64,000 nt of DNA from Candidatus Latescibacterota bacterium (GTDB lineage Bacteria > Latescibacterota > UBA2968). Both the position numbers and the translations under genes were made by a program. Positions 10,363-18,820 of the stretch are shown one piece after another; position 1 is the stretch's first letter; every line of letters begins with the position of its first letter. The DNA lies in the NCBI GenBank assembly GCA_965116885.1, contig OZ220741.1, positions 5,472,001 to 5,536,000 on the forward strand, in the 5' to 3' direction. A model generated the notes under the pieces. That model did not search any database and was not told where the DNA came from. It saw nothing but the letters and a program-made list of their open reading frames with translations.

Positions 10363-12426
10363 TCAATTCGCGTGGGTAATAGAGTCTGTAACCGTATTGG
10401 ATTTTATGATTAGAAAGCTAAAGTTAGCTTCTCCACGCTCCAAATTCTTCACCAACTCTACATCGACAGCAGTTCCCGGTTTATCCATAGCCTGAAGCAA
10501 GTCATTACTCGCCTGTTGTCTTGGATCATCTTGGGGCAAGAGAGCCAAAATTTGATGCAGAGATTCTTTTGTTACTTCAGGCTGTTTATACAAGATGCCT
10601 AAACCTGTGTGTTTTTTAAGGGCTTGAAATTTTTCCTCTAATGTGGATGATAGTTCTATAAGCTCTTGATTTGCTTCAATGGCTTTTCCATAGTTTTCTA
10701 AAAAAATATAGCTCACCAAGAGCCCGGTATTGATTTGCTTTTGATCGCGACAGTAAGTTGTTCGGTTACAGTGTTCTTTTTGCTTTTCCAACTCAATCAT
10801 TGCATTGGCATAATCTCGAAGTTTAAGATAGTGCGAGGCCAATTCTTTACGCAGTGCATGAGCATTTGGATAAAGTTCCAATCCCTTTTTGAATATAGAA
10901 GCTGCTTTTGCGTTTTCATTGCGGATGCGATAAAATATCCCTGCTTGTAACAAGGTGGCACCATTTGTGGGGCCCATTGCGAGGGCTGTTGAAAGATATT
11001 GATCTGCTTGTGCATTTTTTACCGGATCATTTTCATTTGCATAAAGTTTGGCGAGCAAGGCATAAGTGCCTGGCAAGGGCGGCTGATTCGATACTGCTGC
11101 CTCAAGTTCCCTGAAAGCATCTTCTTTATTTCCCTCGTCGTATAGAAATCCACCTCTGTCAGTTTGTAGACAATTTTGTGCATAAATATTTGTTTCGAAG
11201 TTATGAGGCAAATCAACACCTATAGGAAAGATGAATAGCGAAGATTGGTCATAAAAATTCCAGGCATGTTGAAAATCGACAGTGGGAATTTCTCGGTTAT
11301 AAATCCAGTGAAGTACATCATAAGAAATGATAATGTCTTTAATTTCGTCATACCCCACAACCAATGTGAAATGCCCATAACCGTATTCGGGTTCAAGAAT
11401 GAGTACAAGAACTGGGTAGCCTCGATTGACCCAATATTTAATTTTAGGAAGGTCTGCTACGCCCAAATAGGCTTGAAATCCTCTTTCAACAGCAAAATTC
11501 CACAGGGCATAAGGAGTAGTGCCAGCATCATCTCCTATTTTCTTTGCGATCGATTTCTGGGAGACCGAATCGTTGAGAAAATTTAATACCATTTTGAGGG
11601 TTGCAGAACCGCACGCACCCAGTGTCTGCACGATGTAGCCCCGAGGGGGAAAGGGAACACCATCGATGATTTTTCTTTTTGCATCATCAGGCACATTATT
11701 TAGCGATTTTATGTAGTGTTGCGCTTGTTGATAAGTGGCTTGATTATGTTCCAACTCAATCATAGAATAATTCTCAATGGCTTTGCCATGTTTTCCCATT
11801 GCATAATACACATCACCGATCTTGAGCCTTGCTTTAGCCAACAGTTCAGGCGTTTTTTCCGTTTTGATAATCCGATTAAACGCATCTATCGCCTGCTCAT
11901 ATCGCTGCAATCTCATAAGACATATCGCAAGTACCCGTAGAATGAAGGTATCTTCTCCTTTCAGACGCAGTGTTTCTTTTAAATATTGAATTGCCTTCTC
12001 ATATCGGCCTTGTCCTGCCAAAAGTAAGCCAAGATGTCCATTTACTTCCACATCCTCCGGTGAGAGCGCGAGCAGACTTTCGTAACAGCTAATCGCATCT
12101 TCATATCGCTCCAATCTTTTATACGCATAGATCAGTTGATGGTATGTAGTCTGATTATTAGGATTAGTTCTTAATATAGCCTTTCCATATGCAACGGACT
12201 GATCATAGTCTTCCATCCCAATAAAGGCGGCTTGCAGAAGCCCCAATACATCAATATCTTCTGGATTATTTTTTAAAACTTCTTGGAATAATTCAATAGC
12301 CTGTGGATAATTTTCTTGCTCATATAATTCGAAGCCTCTTTCTATTTTGCTATCCAGCTTATTTGAACAAGCAGAAAGCAGAATCAAACCTGCGATAATG
12401 CATAGAATAGATACTCGTTTCCACAT
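10363..12426 (-). CDS. lipoprotein with N- and C-terminal TPR arrays flanking a C39-like cysteine peptidase domain
   Basis: MWKRVSILCIIAGLILLSAC lipoprotein signal (start 12426 or 12438, not 12504); TPR repeats; QTLGACGSATLKMVL (Cys), GHFTLVVGYD (His), SYD (Asp). Confidence 0.8.
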   Translation of the reverse strand: MWKRVSILCIIAGLILLSACSNKLDSKIERGFELYEQENYPQAIELFQEVLKNNPEDIDVLGLLQAAFIGMEDYDQSVAYGKAILRTNPNNQTTYHQLIYAYKRLERYEDAISCYESLLALSPEDVEVNGHLGLLLAGQGRYEKAIQYLKETLRLKGEDTFILRVLAICLMRLQRYEQAIDAFNRIIKTEKTPELLAKARLKIGDVYYAMGKHGKAIENYSMIELEHNQATYQQAQHYIKSLNNVPDDAKRKIIDGVPFPPRGYIVQTLGACGSATLKMVLNFLNDSVSQKSIAKKIGDDAGTTPYALWNFAVERGFQAYLGVADLPKIKYWVNRGYPVLVLILEPEYGYGHFTLVVGYDEIKDIIISYDVLHWIYNREIPTVDFQHAWNFYDQSSLFIFPIGVDLPHNFETNIYAQNCLQTDRGGFLYDEGNKEDAFRELEAAVSNQPPLPGTYALLAKLYANENDPVKNAQADQYLSTALAMGPTNGATLLQAGIFYRIRNENAKAASIFKKGLELYPNAHALRKELASHYLKLRDYANAMIELEKQKEHCNRTTYCRDQKQINTGLLVSYIFLENYGKAIEANQELIELSSTLEEKFQALKKHTGLGILYKQPEVTKESLHQILALLPQDDPRQQASNDLLQAMDKPGTAVDVELVKNLERGEANFSFLIIKSNTVTDSITHAN

Positions 12427-12586
12427 GCGTAAAACCATCACTTGTAACTCCAAATGTATATCTGAAAAATCGGGGCCTATATTTGAGGTAGGGTAGGTAA
12501 TCAAATTAATATAGACCCCGATAATGAATTTTAAGCCACAAGAAAAAGCGAAAAGACAGCATTAATGGAATGAGGTCAAGGCCGAT

Positions 12587-12910
12587 TTAAGTGTCATCAA
12601 TCTGATCCATTACCCAATCCCAGATTCGACCAACTATACCTTTTGTACCGAATGGTGCTTCTTTCTTCACATCCTCCTTGGTCGCGGTAATTTCAATCTT
12701 TTTTGGCTCTGACCAAGTTGTATCTCCCGGTGCCTCAACTCTACCTTGCTTGACCGTTCCCGTAACCTTAATGGTATCACCAGGAGTTTTAACGAAGGTA
12801 GTAGGCTCAGTCGTCTGATAAACTATGGTTTTTTCATCATCCCCATAAGCTTCAACACATCCCAATTCCAGATGATAAGATCTCTGCACGCGTTTCACAA
12901 GCGTTTTCAT
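12587..12910 (-). CDS. putative exported precursor with a CLI_3235-like leader (MKTLVKR...VEAY)
   Basis: Strong RBS AAGGAGG; basic N-terminus ending in VEAY; Thr-rich core; lies between hlyD and the peptidase/exporter genes. Confidence 0.65.
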   Translation of the reverse strand: MKTLVKRVQRSYHLELGCVEAYGDDEKTIVYQTTEPTTFVKTPGDTIKVTGTVKQGRVEAPGDTTWSEPKKIEITATKEDVKKEAPFGTKGIVGRIWDWVMDQIDDT

Positions 12911-13078
12911 ACATCCCTCCTTGAAAGAGTGAAAACACGCTCTTTCCGTTTACATCGGTTTAGAAAGAGAGTATTCAAAAATTGACGGTCTTTCCTCTTC
13001 TCCTTGTGGTTATTTCAATTCCCAAAGGCGATGCGGAAGGCAACAGAAAAGTACTCCCAGAATTTCCTCCTTTCTTTT

Positions 13079-14287
13079 TTAATTCGCCTTTTTGGGATCG
13101 AAAATATAGAAATCATGTTCGGGAATTTTTCCCGCTGTGCGAAGAAACCTGTTCCATATCAGATCGAGAATTCTTCCCTTTTCCACGGCTATCTTCGCTT
13201 CAACGCTCATGCCGTAAGCAAGTGAATAGGTATTGCTATTTACAGAAATTTCGGGGTTCTGAATCGTTATTTTTATAGGATAAACTTTTGTCTCTTGATA
13301 GGGATTATCCGATACAGACTGTGCAGCAATTTCTGCGACTGTACCCTCAAAAATTTTGTATTCCATGTGAGGAAAGGCATTCACGAAAAGATTCACGGGT
13401 TGTCCGACTTGCACTTTGTGAATCTCTGTTTCTTTGATCATCACTTTTGCCTGCCAATCACCCAGGCGTGCAAGTTCCATTACAGCCTCTCCCATCTGGA
13501 GGTGGTCGCCAACGCGTCGTTCTAAATCGCCAGTTAAAACCGTGCCAGATACAGGCGCATAAACCACGGTGTTTTCTATTCGACGCAGCAAGACACGTTG
13601 GTCTTCTCTCAGTTTTTGGTTCATTTTTTTTAGCGTCTCAATTTCTCGGTGCCTGCGGTCAACCGTTTTCAATCTTTCCTGGTCTGTTTGTAATTTGACC
13701 TGCGCCTGTTTTAAAATGGATCTTTTTAGTCTTATGGGTAGCAACTGATCAATTCCTGATTTACTATTCACGAGATTGTATTTTTCAACGAGTTGATACT
13801 CCCGTTCTACTTGATCCAGTTGCAAACGCAAGGTCTCTATCTCGGACTGTGTTTGACGAATCTCACTTTGTAGAATTTTTTTTTCTGATCTCATCTGTTC
13901 TTCTATCTCTGCCATCCTGCTTCTGTTAATTTCTTGCTCTTTGCCGACTTTCTCCAATTCGGCTTCCCACTCCCTGCTTTCCAACTTAAAAAGAAGGCCT
14001 CCTTTTGCCACCTTGTCCCATCTATCGACATAGACTTCATGTATTATTCCCGAAAGCTTTGTCTTCACTTCAAAGCGACCTGAAGGTTCAACAACACCTG
14101 TCCCTTCCACATTTACATTCATTCCAATATTCCACACCAAAAAGAGGATACCTGCAATCAAAGTGATAACGGATAGCAAGATGAACAGGAGAAATCGTTT
14201 GACAAATCCAAAGCCTATTCCCTTAAAATCGTCTATAATGTCTATTGGGACTTTTGTCTGGTCGTTTTGAATAGCGGGGGACTTCAT
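13079..14287 (-). CDS. HlyD-family secretion adaptor (membrane fusion protein)
   Basis: Single N-terminal TM, lipoyl-like halves (SGIIHEVYV, YAPVSGTV), long coiled coil, GMSVEAKI. Confidence 0.9.
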   Translation of the reverse strand: MKSPAIQNDQTKVPIDIIDDFKGIGFGFVKRFLLFILLSVITLIAGILFLVWNIGMNVNVEGTGVVEPSGRFEVKTKLSGIIHEVYVDRWDKVAKGGLLFKLESREWEAELEKVGKEQEINRSRMAEIEEQMRSEKKILQSEIRQTQSEIETLRLQLDQVEREYQLVEKYNLVNSKSGIDQLLPIRLKRSILKQAQVKLQTDQERLKTVDRRHREIETLKKMNQKLREDQRVLLRRIENTVVYAPVSGTVLTGDLERRVGDHLQMGEAVMELARLGDWQAKVMIKETEIHKVQVGQPVNLFVNAFPHMEYKIFEGTVAEIAAQSVSDNPYQETKVYPIKITIQNPEISVNSNTYSLAYGMSVEAKIAVEKGRILDLIWNRFLRTAGKIPEHDFYIFDPKKAN

Positions 14288-14330
14288 TCTCTTGTCAGTG
14301 GCAAATTTTACACCGCTCCAAACGTTGCCT

Positions 14331-15608
14331 CTATAGGCTCGACAACAATTGCTCTGTACGCTCGGCTCCGTTTAGCAAAATGTTGTGTTTCATCCGGGGG
14401 CTTTCCAAACGCTCTAAAATTGCGTTTGCCATTCGCTCTAATGTCAGTTCTTCAGAGCGTATCATATCCGCTATACCTAATTCGGAAAGTTTCTCTGCTC
14501 GAGGTGCTTGATCAAGGTCTGTCTTTGCTGGAATCGGTACCAAAATAGCTTTTACACCTGTCTCAAGGACATTCATACACGTATTATAGCCCGCCTGACT
14601 GATAGACAATTCTGCGCCCTGCATCCACTGAAGAAAGTCGTTCGTGAACTTCGACAGATAGAAGAAATCTTCTGTACACATTTCTTCTATCGCATCATAC
14701 TCAGCGTCCTTCATAAAAACCCCAGCAAAGATCACCATCTTCATGTTTTGAACATAACCATTCTCGCAAAGTATCTTCCAGGCAGTTACCGCTGTTGTAA
14801 TCATGTCCCAACCGAGGATACCGCCACCAACACTGACCAAAACATAAGGTCCCTGTTTCTCTATCGTTTTTTGGGTATCGGAATCAAGGCTTTTCAATTT
14901 TTCAGAAACATATCCTGTATATTCAATTGGAATCTCGATATTCTCTATCCAGGGAAAAAATGATTCCAATTGAAAAAGTCTCGGATCACCGTGAATGAGG
15001 ACGTAATCAAAATATCGATTCAACACAGGAACAACGCGTTCGTAATACAATCGTGACAACCTTTTGTTTTTTTGGTCCTTACGCAAAAAAGAAACTGCAT
15101 ACCAAATCATCCTGGGTATGAAAAACAAAGTTTCCGGATGTGGCGGTTTCTTTGTAGAAAGCTCTTTTTCAGGAGTCTTTCTTATTATTTCACGTACGGA
15201 ACAGATCACCTTCACTTTTGGATTTACACTCTTTGCCTTTTGAATCGCAGGGATCAACTCTTTGTACAGTATAGATCTGGCAAATGGAAAAAGTTCAATC
15301 ACGAAAATATCTGGCTGTATCTGTGCAATTTTTTCGAGCAAAATTTGCCTGCGCTTCTCCTGAGCCTTCCGCAGACTGAATTTTGGGTCTTCACACACTA
15401 TGCGCTGAGACTCTAAATCCTTAAAGAGAGCTGGCAAACGAATGGTCGTAACTGACGGTATATCAATACGATGAATTTCGCGTCCCCCATCTACAAAATA
15501 GACTTTATAGCTTTTTGCCAATGCGCGAACGATCTGAAAATTTCTAAAATGATGACCAACACCTAACAAGTGTTGACTGAAGAAAACAATGCGTTTTTTG
15601 GATAACAT
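14331..15608 (-). CDS. glycosyltransferase, GT-B fold (COG4671 / GT28 C-terminal-like)
   Basis: QHLLGVGH, IELFPF, VSVGGG, SQAGYNT and DQ..RA motifs. Confidence 0.85.
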   Translation of the reverse strand: MLSKKRIVFFSQHLLGVGHHFRNFQIVRALAKSYKVYFVDGGREIHRIDIPSVTTIRLPALFKDLESQRIVCEDPKFSLRKAQEKRRQILLEKIAQIQPDIFVIELFPFARSILYKELIPAIQKAKSVNPKVKVICSVREIIRKTPEKELSTKKPPHPETLFFIPRMIWYAVSFLRKDQKNKRLSRLYYERVVPVLNRYFDYVLIHGDPRLFQLESFFPWIENIEIPIEYTGYVSEKLKSLDSDTQKTIEKQGPYVLVSVGGGILGWDMITTAVTAWKILCENGYVQNMKMVIFAGVFMKDAEYDAIEEMCTEDFFYLSKFTNDFLQWMQGAELSISQAGYNTCMNVLETGVKAILVPIPAKTDLDQAPRAEKLSELGIADMIRSEELTLERMANAILERLESPRMKHNILLNGAERTEQLLSSL

Positions 15609-15641
15609 TTATCAGAATCCTCTGAGACCCATGATTTTGAT

Positions 15642-16085
15642 CTAAGAGCCACGTTCAGCCTCTAAATCTACACGGGATGAATTTTTTTGAATAAGGCTTT
15701 CGCATCTCACTTTTGCGCGGTAAGCAGTAAGAGACATGTCATTTACCTTCATAAACACCTCACAAAAATACTTTGAGGAATGAAATCCACACATGCCTGC
15801 AACCTCATAGGTCAACAGGGATTGTTCGCTTATTAAGTGCTTTGCATGGGCAATTCTGATCTCTCTCAATTTTTCTCGGAAAGGCTTGCCAACATGCTTT
15901 TTGAACAAGGCACTCAGATGCGTTCTGGAAAGTTTGAAATGATCTACGAGATCACTAAATTTGAGGTCCGGGTTGCTGTAATGCGCCTCCAAAAAGGCTT
16001 CAAACGCAATTTTCCAACTCGAATCTGATGGGATATAGGTTTTGACCTTCGCCAAAAACTTGCTCCTTTCAACTACACTATTCAA
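15642..16085 (-). CDS. AraC-family regulator, HTH domain only
   Basis: HLSALFKKHVG...RIAHAK.L....EVAGMCGF.SSKYFCEVF double HTH; no sensor domain. Confidence 0.8.
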   Translation of the reverse strand: MNSVVERSKFLAKVKTYIPSDSSWKIAFEAFLEAHYSNPDLKFSDLVDHFKLSRTHLSALFKKHVGKPFREKLREIRIAHAKHLISEQSLLTYEVAGMCGFHSSKYFCEVFMKVNDMSLTAYRAKVRCESLIQKNSSRVDLEAERGS

Positions 16086-16114
16086 ATAGATTTTTCACTG
16101 TTTAAACAGATATG

Positions 16115-16131
16115 TGCAATATGTGTGCCAA
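16115..16131 (-). promoter_or_regulatory. sigma54 (-24/-12) promoter of the island operon
   Basis: Minus strand TTGGCACACATATTGCA = TGGCAC-N5-TTGCA, about 30 nt upstream of the first island gene. Confidence 0.75.
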
Positions 16132-16228
16132 TATGAACTTCTCAAGTAATAATGCTCATAAAGTATTGTTTTTATTTCGTATAAAAATTATTACCGAGCA
16201 AAAGACAGGTAGAATACCGAATTAAAAG

Positions 16229-16277
16229 GTGAAAACATCGTTCACTTTTCTCTTTTCGAGTGAACATTATGTACACT
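16229..16277. promoter_or_regulatory. two dyad sites, candidate upstream activator sequences
   Basis: GTGAAAACATCGTTCAC and AGTGAACATTATGTACACT, 100-145 bp upstream of the sigma54 promoter. Confidence 0.45.
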
Positions 16278-16321
16278 TTAATTCGCGTTGACAATCGCGT
16301 TCCGGATTGTTATTTTTTACA

Positions 16322-16397
16322 TCCTTCTCAAGTTCTCAGCTTGAGATATTTACCTGCCGCTGACAGTTGACTTGCCCGGTCTTGTCGGCGGCTTTTT
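16322..16397 (+). ncRNA. candidate ~75-nt sRNA or terminated leader
   Basis: TTGACA(16288)-N17-TATTTT promoter; hairpin TCTCAAG/CTTGAGA; GC stem GCCGCTGACA/TGTCGGCGGC followed by TTTTT. Confidence 0.4.
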
Positions 16398-16531
16398 CAT
16401 ACAACAATAATGATAATACCAACCTTTCAGTCGCTGCAACAAAAAAAGATTCCACTTATGTCTTATCTGACCTCTTTATGTCTTATTTTTGGTATTTTTT
16501 TTCGAAATGTTGTTTTTTTTATTATTCCTGA

Positions 16532-17515
16532 ATGGAAGGCCAAATGAATCAACTCGTTAATCAAAACGGTCAAATTATTCCACTCTCTTCACTAACAGAA
16601 TGGAAAGAAAAGCGCGCGAAAATACTCGAATCAGCGCAGGAAATCATGGGTCCTTTACCGGGAGGTGAAAAGCGATGCTCAATCGCCGTAAATCTGGTAG
16701 AAGAAGTAGATTGCGGGACGTATATCAGGCGGATGATCACCTACGCCGCAGAACCCGGCGACCGCGCACAGGCGTATTTGCTAATCCCAAAACAGGCGTT
16801 GGATGGTCATGAATGTCCAGTCGTCTTATGTCCACACCCAACGCATGCGACATTGGGATACAAAACCGTCGTGGGACTGGGCGACCGCCCCAATCGGGCT
16901 TATGCCAGCGAATTGGCCGAACGCGGCTTTGTCACCATCGCACCGTCCTATCCCATGCTCGCGGAATATTGGCCCGATGTATTCGGTCTGGGCTATGAAA
17001 GTGGAACTATGAAGGCGATATGGGACAATATCCGAGCCATCGATCTTCTGGAAACACTGCCGTATGTAAAGCGGGGACCTGTCGGGACAATCGGGCACTC
17101 TCTGGGCGGGCACAACTCGGTCTATACCGCTGTTTTTGAACCGCGCATCGGCGTTGTGGTATCGAGTTGCGGGTTAGACTCCTACATAGACTACAAAGAC
17201 GGTAATCTCGCTGGATGGACGCAGGATCGGTACATGCCCAAATTGAAAAATTACGTCCATCGCCTGTGGGATATCCCCTTTGATTTTCACGACTTAATCG
17301 CGGCTCTGGCACCCCGGCCCTGTTTTATTGCCGCGCCTCTGCGCGACAGCAATTTCAAATGGCAAAGTGTAGATGCCGTTGTCAACGCAGCCGCTCGCGT
17401 GTACGCCCTTTACGATGCAACAGAAAATCTAATCGTCGAACACCCCGATTGCGAACACGATTTTCCCAACGCCATGCGCGAACAGGCGTATCAATTATTC
17501 GAAAAACACCTTTGA
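16532..17515 (+). CDS. alpha/beta hydrolase (dienelactone hydrolase / acetylxylan esterase-like); start may be 16544
   Basis: GHSLGG nucleophile elbow, LIAALAPRP, C-terminal HDF. Confidence 0.85.
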   Translation: MEGQMNQLVNQNGQIIPLSSLTEWKEKRAKILESAQEIMGPLPGGEKRCSIAVNLVEEVDCGTYIRRMITYAAEPGDRAQAYLLIPKQALDGHECPVVLCPHPTHATLGYKTVVGLGDRPNRAYASELAERGFVTIAPSYPMLAEYWPDVFGLGYESGTMKAIWDNIRAIDLLETLPYVKRGPVGTIGHSLGGHNSVYTAVFEPRIGVVVSSCGLDSYIDYKDGNLAGWTQDRYMPKLKNYVHRLWDIPFDFHDLIAALAPRPCFIAAPLRDSNFKWQSVDAVVNAAARVYALYDATENLIVEHPDCEHDFPNAMREQAYQLFEKHL

Positions 17516-17530
17516 TGATTCGAGATCCCC

Positions 17531-18820
17531 ATGCAAAGCAAAGTCGCTGTCCTCCGCACATCGCCGCATACGGTCTTTGAAGACTACCATCGCCTGCTCA
17601 ATCTGGCGGATTACCAGAATATAATTGCCAAAGAGGTAGAAACCGCACTCAAGATCAACATTTCCTGGCACTTTTTTTTCCCCGGATGTTCCACAACGCC
17701 ATGGCAACTCGACGGTGTTATCCGCGCCATGAAACGAGATGGCTACGATCCCGACCTCATTCATGGCTGCCACAACCGAACCGTAGTCATCGACGCGCGC
17801 TTGGGCGAAAAAGAAAACAAACACCTCCCCGTCATCGAAGCACACGGCTTGAAAAATATACATCTCTACGAAGGCGAAGAATGGATCAACGTACGCGATG
17901 CCGTAGGCGACCTCACCGAAAAATTTCTCTGCCTGAACGAAGTCTATCCCAAAGGCTTTCACATTCCCAAACGCTTTATCGATGAAAACATCATTCATTT
18001 CCCCACAGTAAAAACCCACGTCTTTACCACCACCACAGGCGCCATGAAAAATGCCTTTGGCGGCCTGCTCAACGAGCGTCGTCACTGGACCCACCCGGTC
18101 ATTCACGAAACCCTCGTCGATCTGCTCATGATACAAAAGAAAATCCACCGCGGTGTCTTCGCAGTCATGGACGGCACCTTTGCAGGCGATGGACCCGGTC
18201 CGCGCTGTATGATCCCCCACACAAAAAACGTCATCCTCGCCAGTGCCGACCAGGTCGCCATTGACGCAGTCGCCGCCAAAATGATGGGCTTTGATCCACT
18301 TTCAATCAAATACATCCGCATAGCACACGACCTGGGCCTCGGATGCGGAGATCCCTCCCAAATCGAAATTGCGGGTGATCTATCCGCTGCAGAAGAAAAT
18401 TGGGACTTTGTCGGCCCGTACAAAAAAATGACCTTTGCCTCTAAAATGCAGCACAAGATCTACTGGGGAGGCCTCAAAAAACCCATCGAATGGTCGCTCA
18501 AAACCATTCTCGCACCCTGGGCTTATATGGCTTCGGTACTCTACCACGACAGTTTCTGGTATCCTTTTCATGCCAAAAATAAAATGCAAGATGTACTAAA
18601 CAGCGACTGGGGCCGCCTCTTCCGCAACTGGGAACACCTCACCCCCAACGCGCAAGGCTTCCCCGATGTGGGCGACGCCTCTGCCAAACTACAAAAAACG
18701 AATCTGCAAGCCTTATGGGATTCGCTCGGCATCTTGCGCGATTGCATTGTCGAAGCCCCCGAATTCATCCAGTCGCGCAAAAGAGAAAACACCCTGCATG
18801 CCCATGACCGAAAACATTAA
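17531..18820 (+). CDS. DUF362 domain protein
   Basis: LKINISWH, PTVKTHVFTTTTGAMKNAFGGL, DQVAIDA. Confidence 0.85.
   Translation: MQSKVAVLRTSPHTVFEDYHRLLNLADYQNIIAKEVETALKINISWHFFFPGCSTTPWQLDGVIRAMKRDGYDPDLIHGCHNRTVVIDARLGEKENKHLPVIEAHGLKNIHLYEGEEWINVRDAVGDLTEKFLCLNEVYPKGFHIPKRFIDENIIHFPTVKTHVFTTTTGAMKNAFGGLLNERRHWTHPVIHETLVDLLMIQKKIHRGVFAVMDGTFAGDGPGPRCMIPHTKNVILASADQVAIDAVAAKMMGFDPLSIKYIRIAHDLGLGCGDPSQIEIAGDLSAAEENWDFVGPYKKMTFASKMQHKIYWGGLKKPIEWSLKTILAPWAYMASVLYHDSFWYPFHAKNKMQDVLNSDWGRLFRNWEHLTPNAQGFPDVGDASAKLQKTNLQALWDSLGILRDCIVEAPEFIQSRKRENTLHAHDRKH

Noticed and set aside
6303..16530. Island as an active integrative element
   Set aside because: No integrase, transposase, tRNA or flanking direct repeat seen; only composition suggests horizontal origin.
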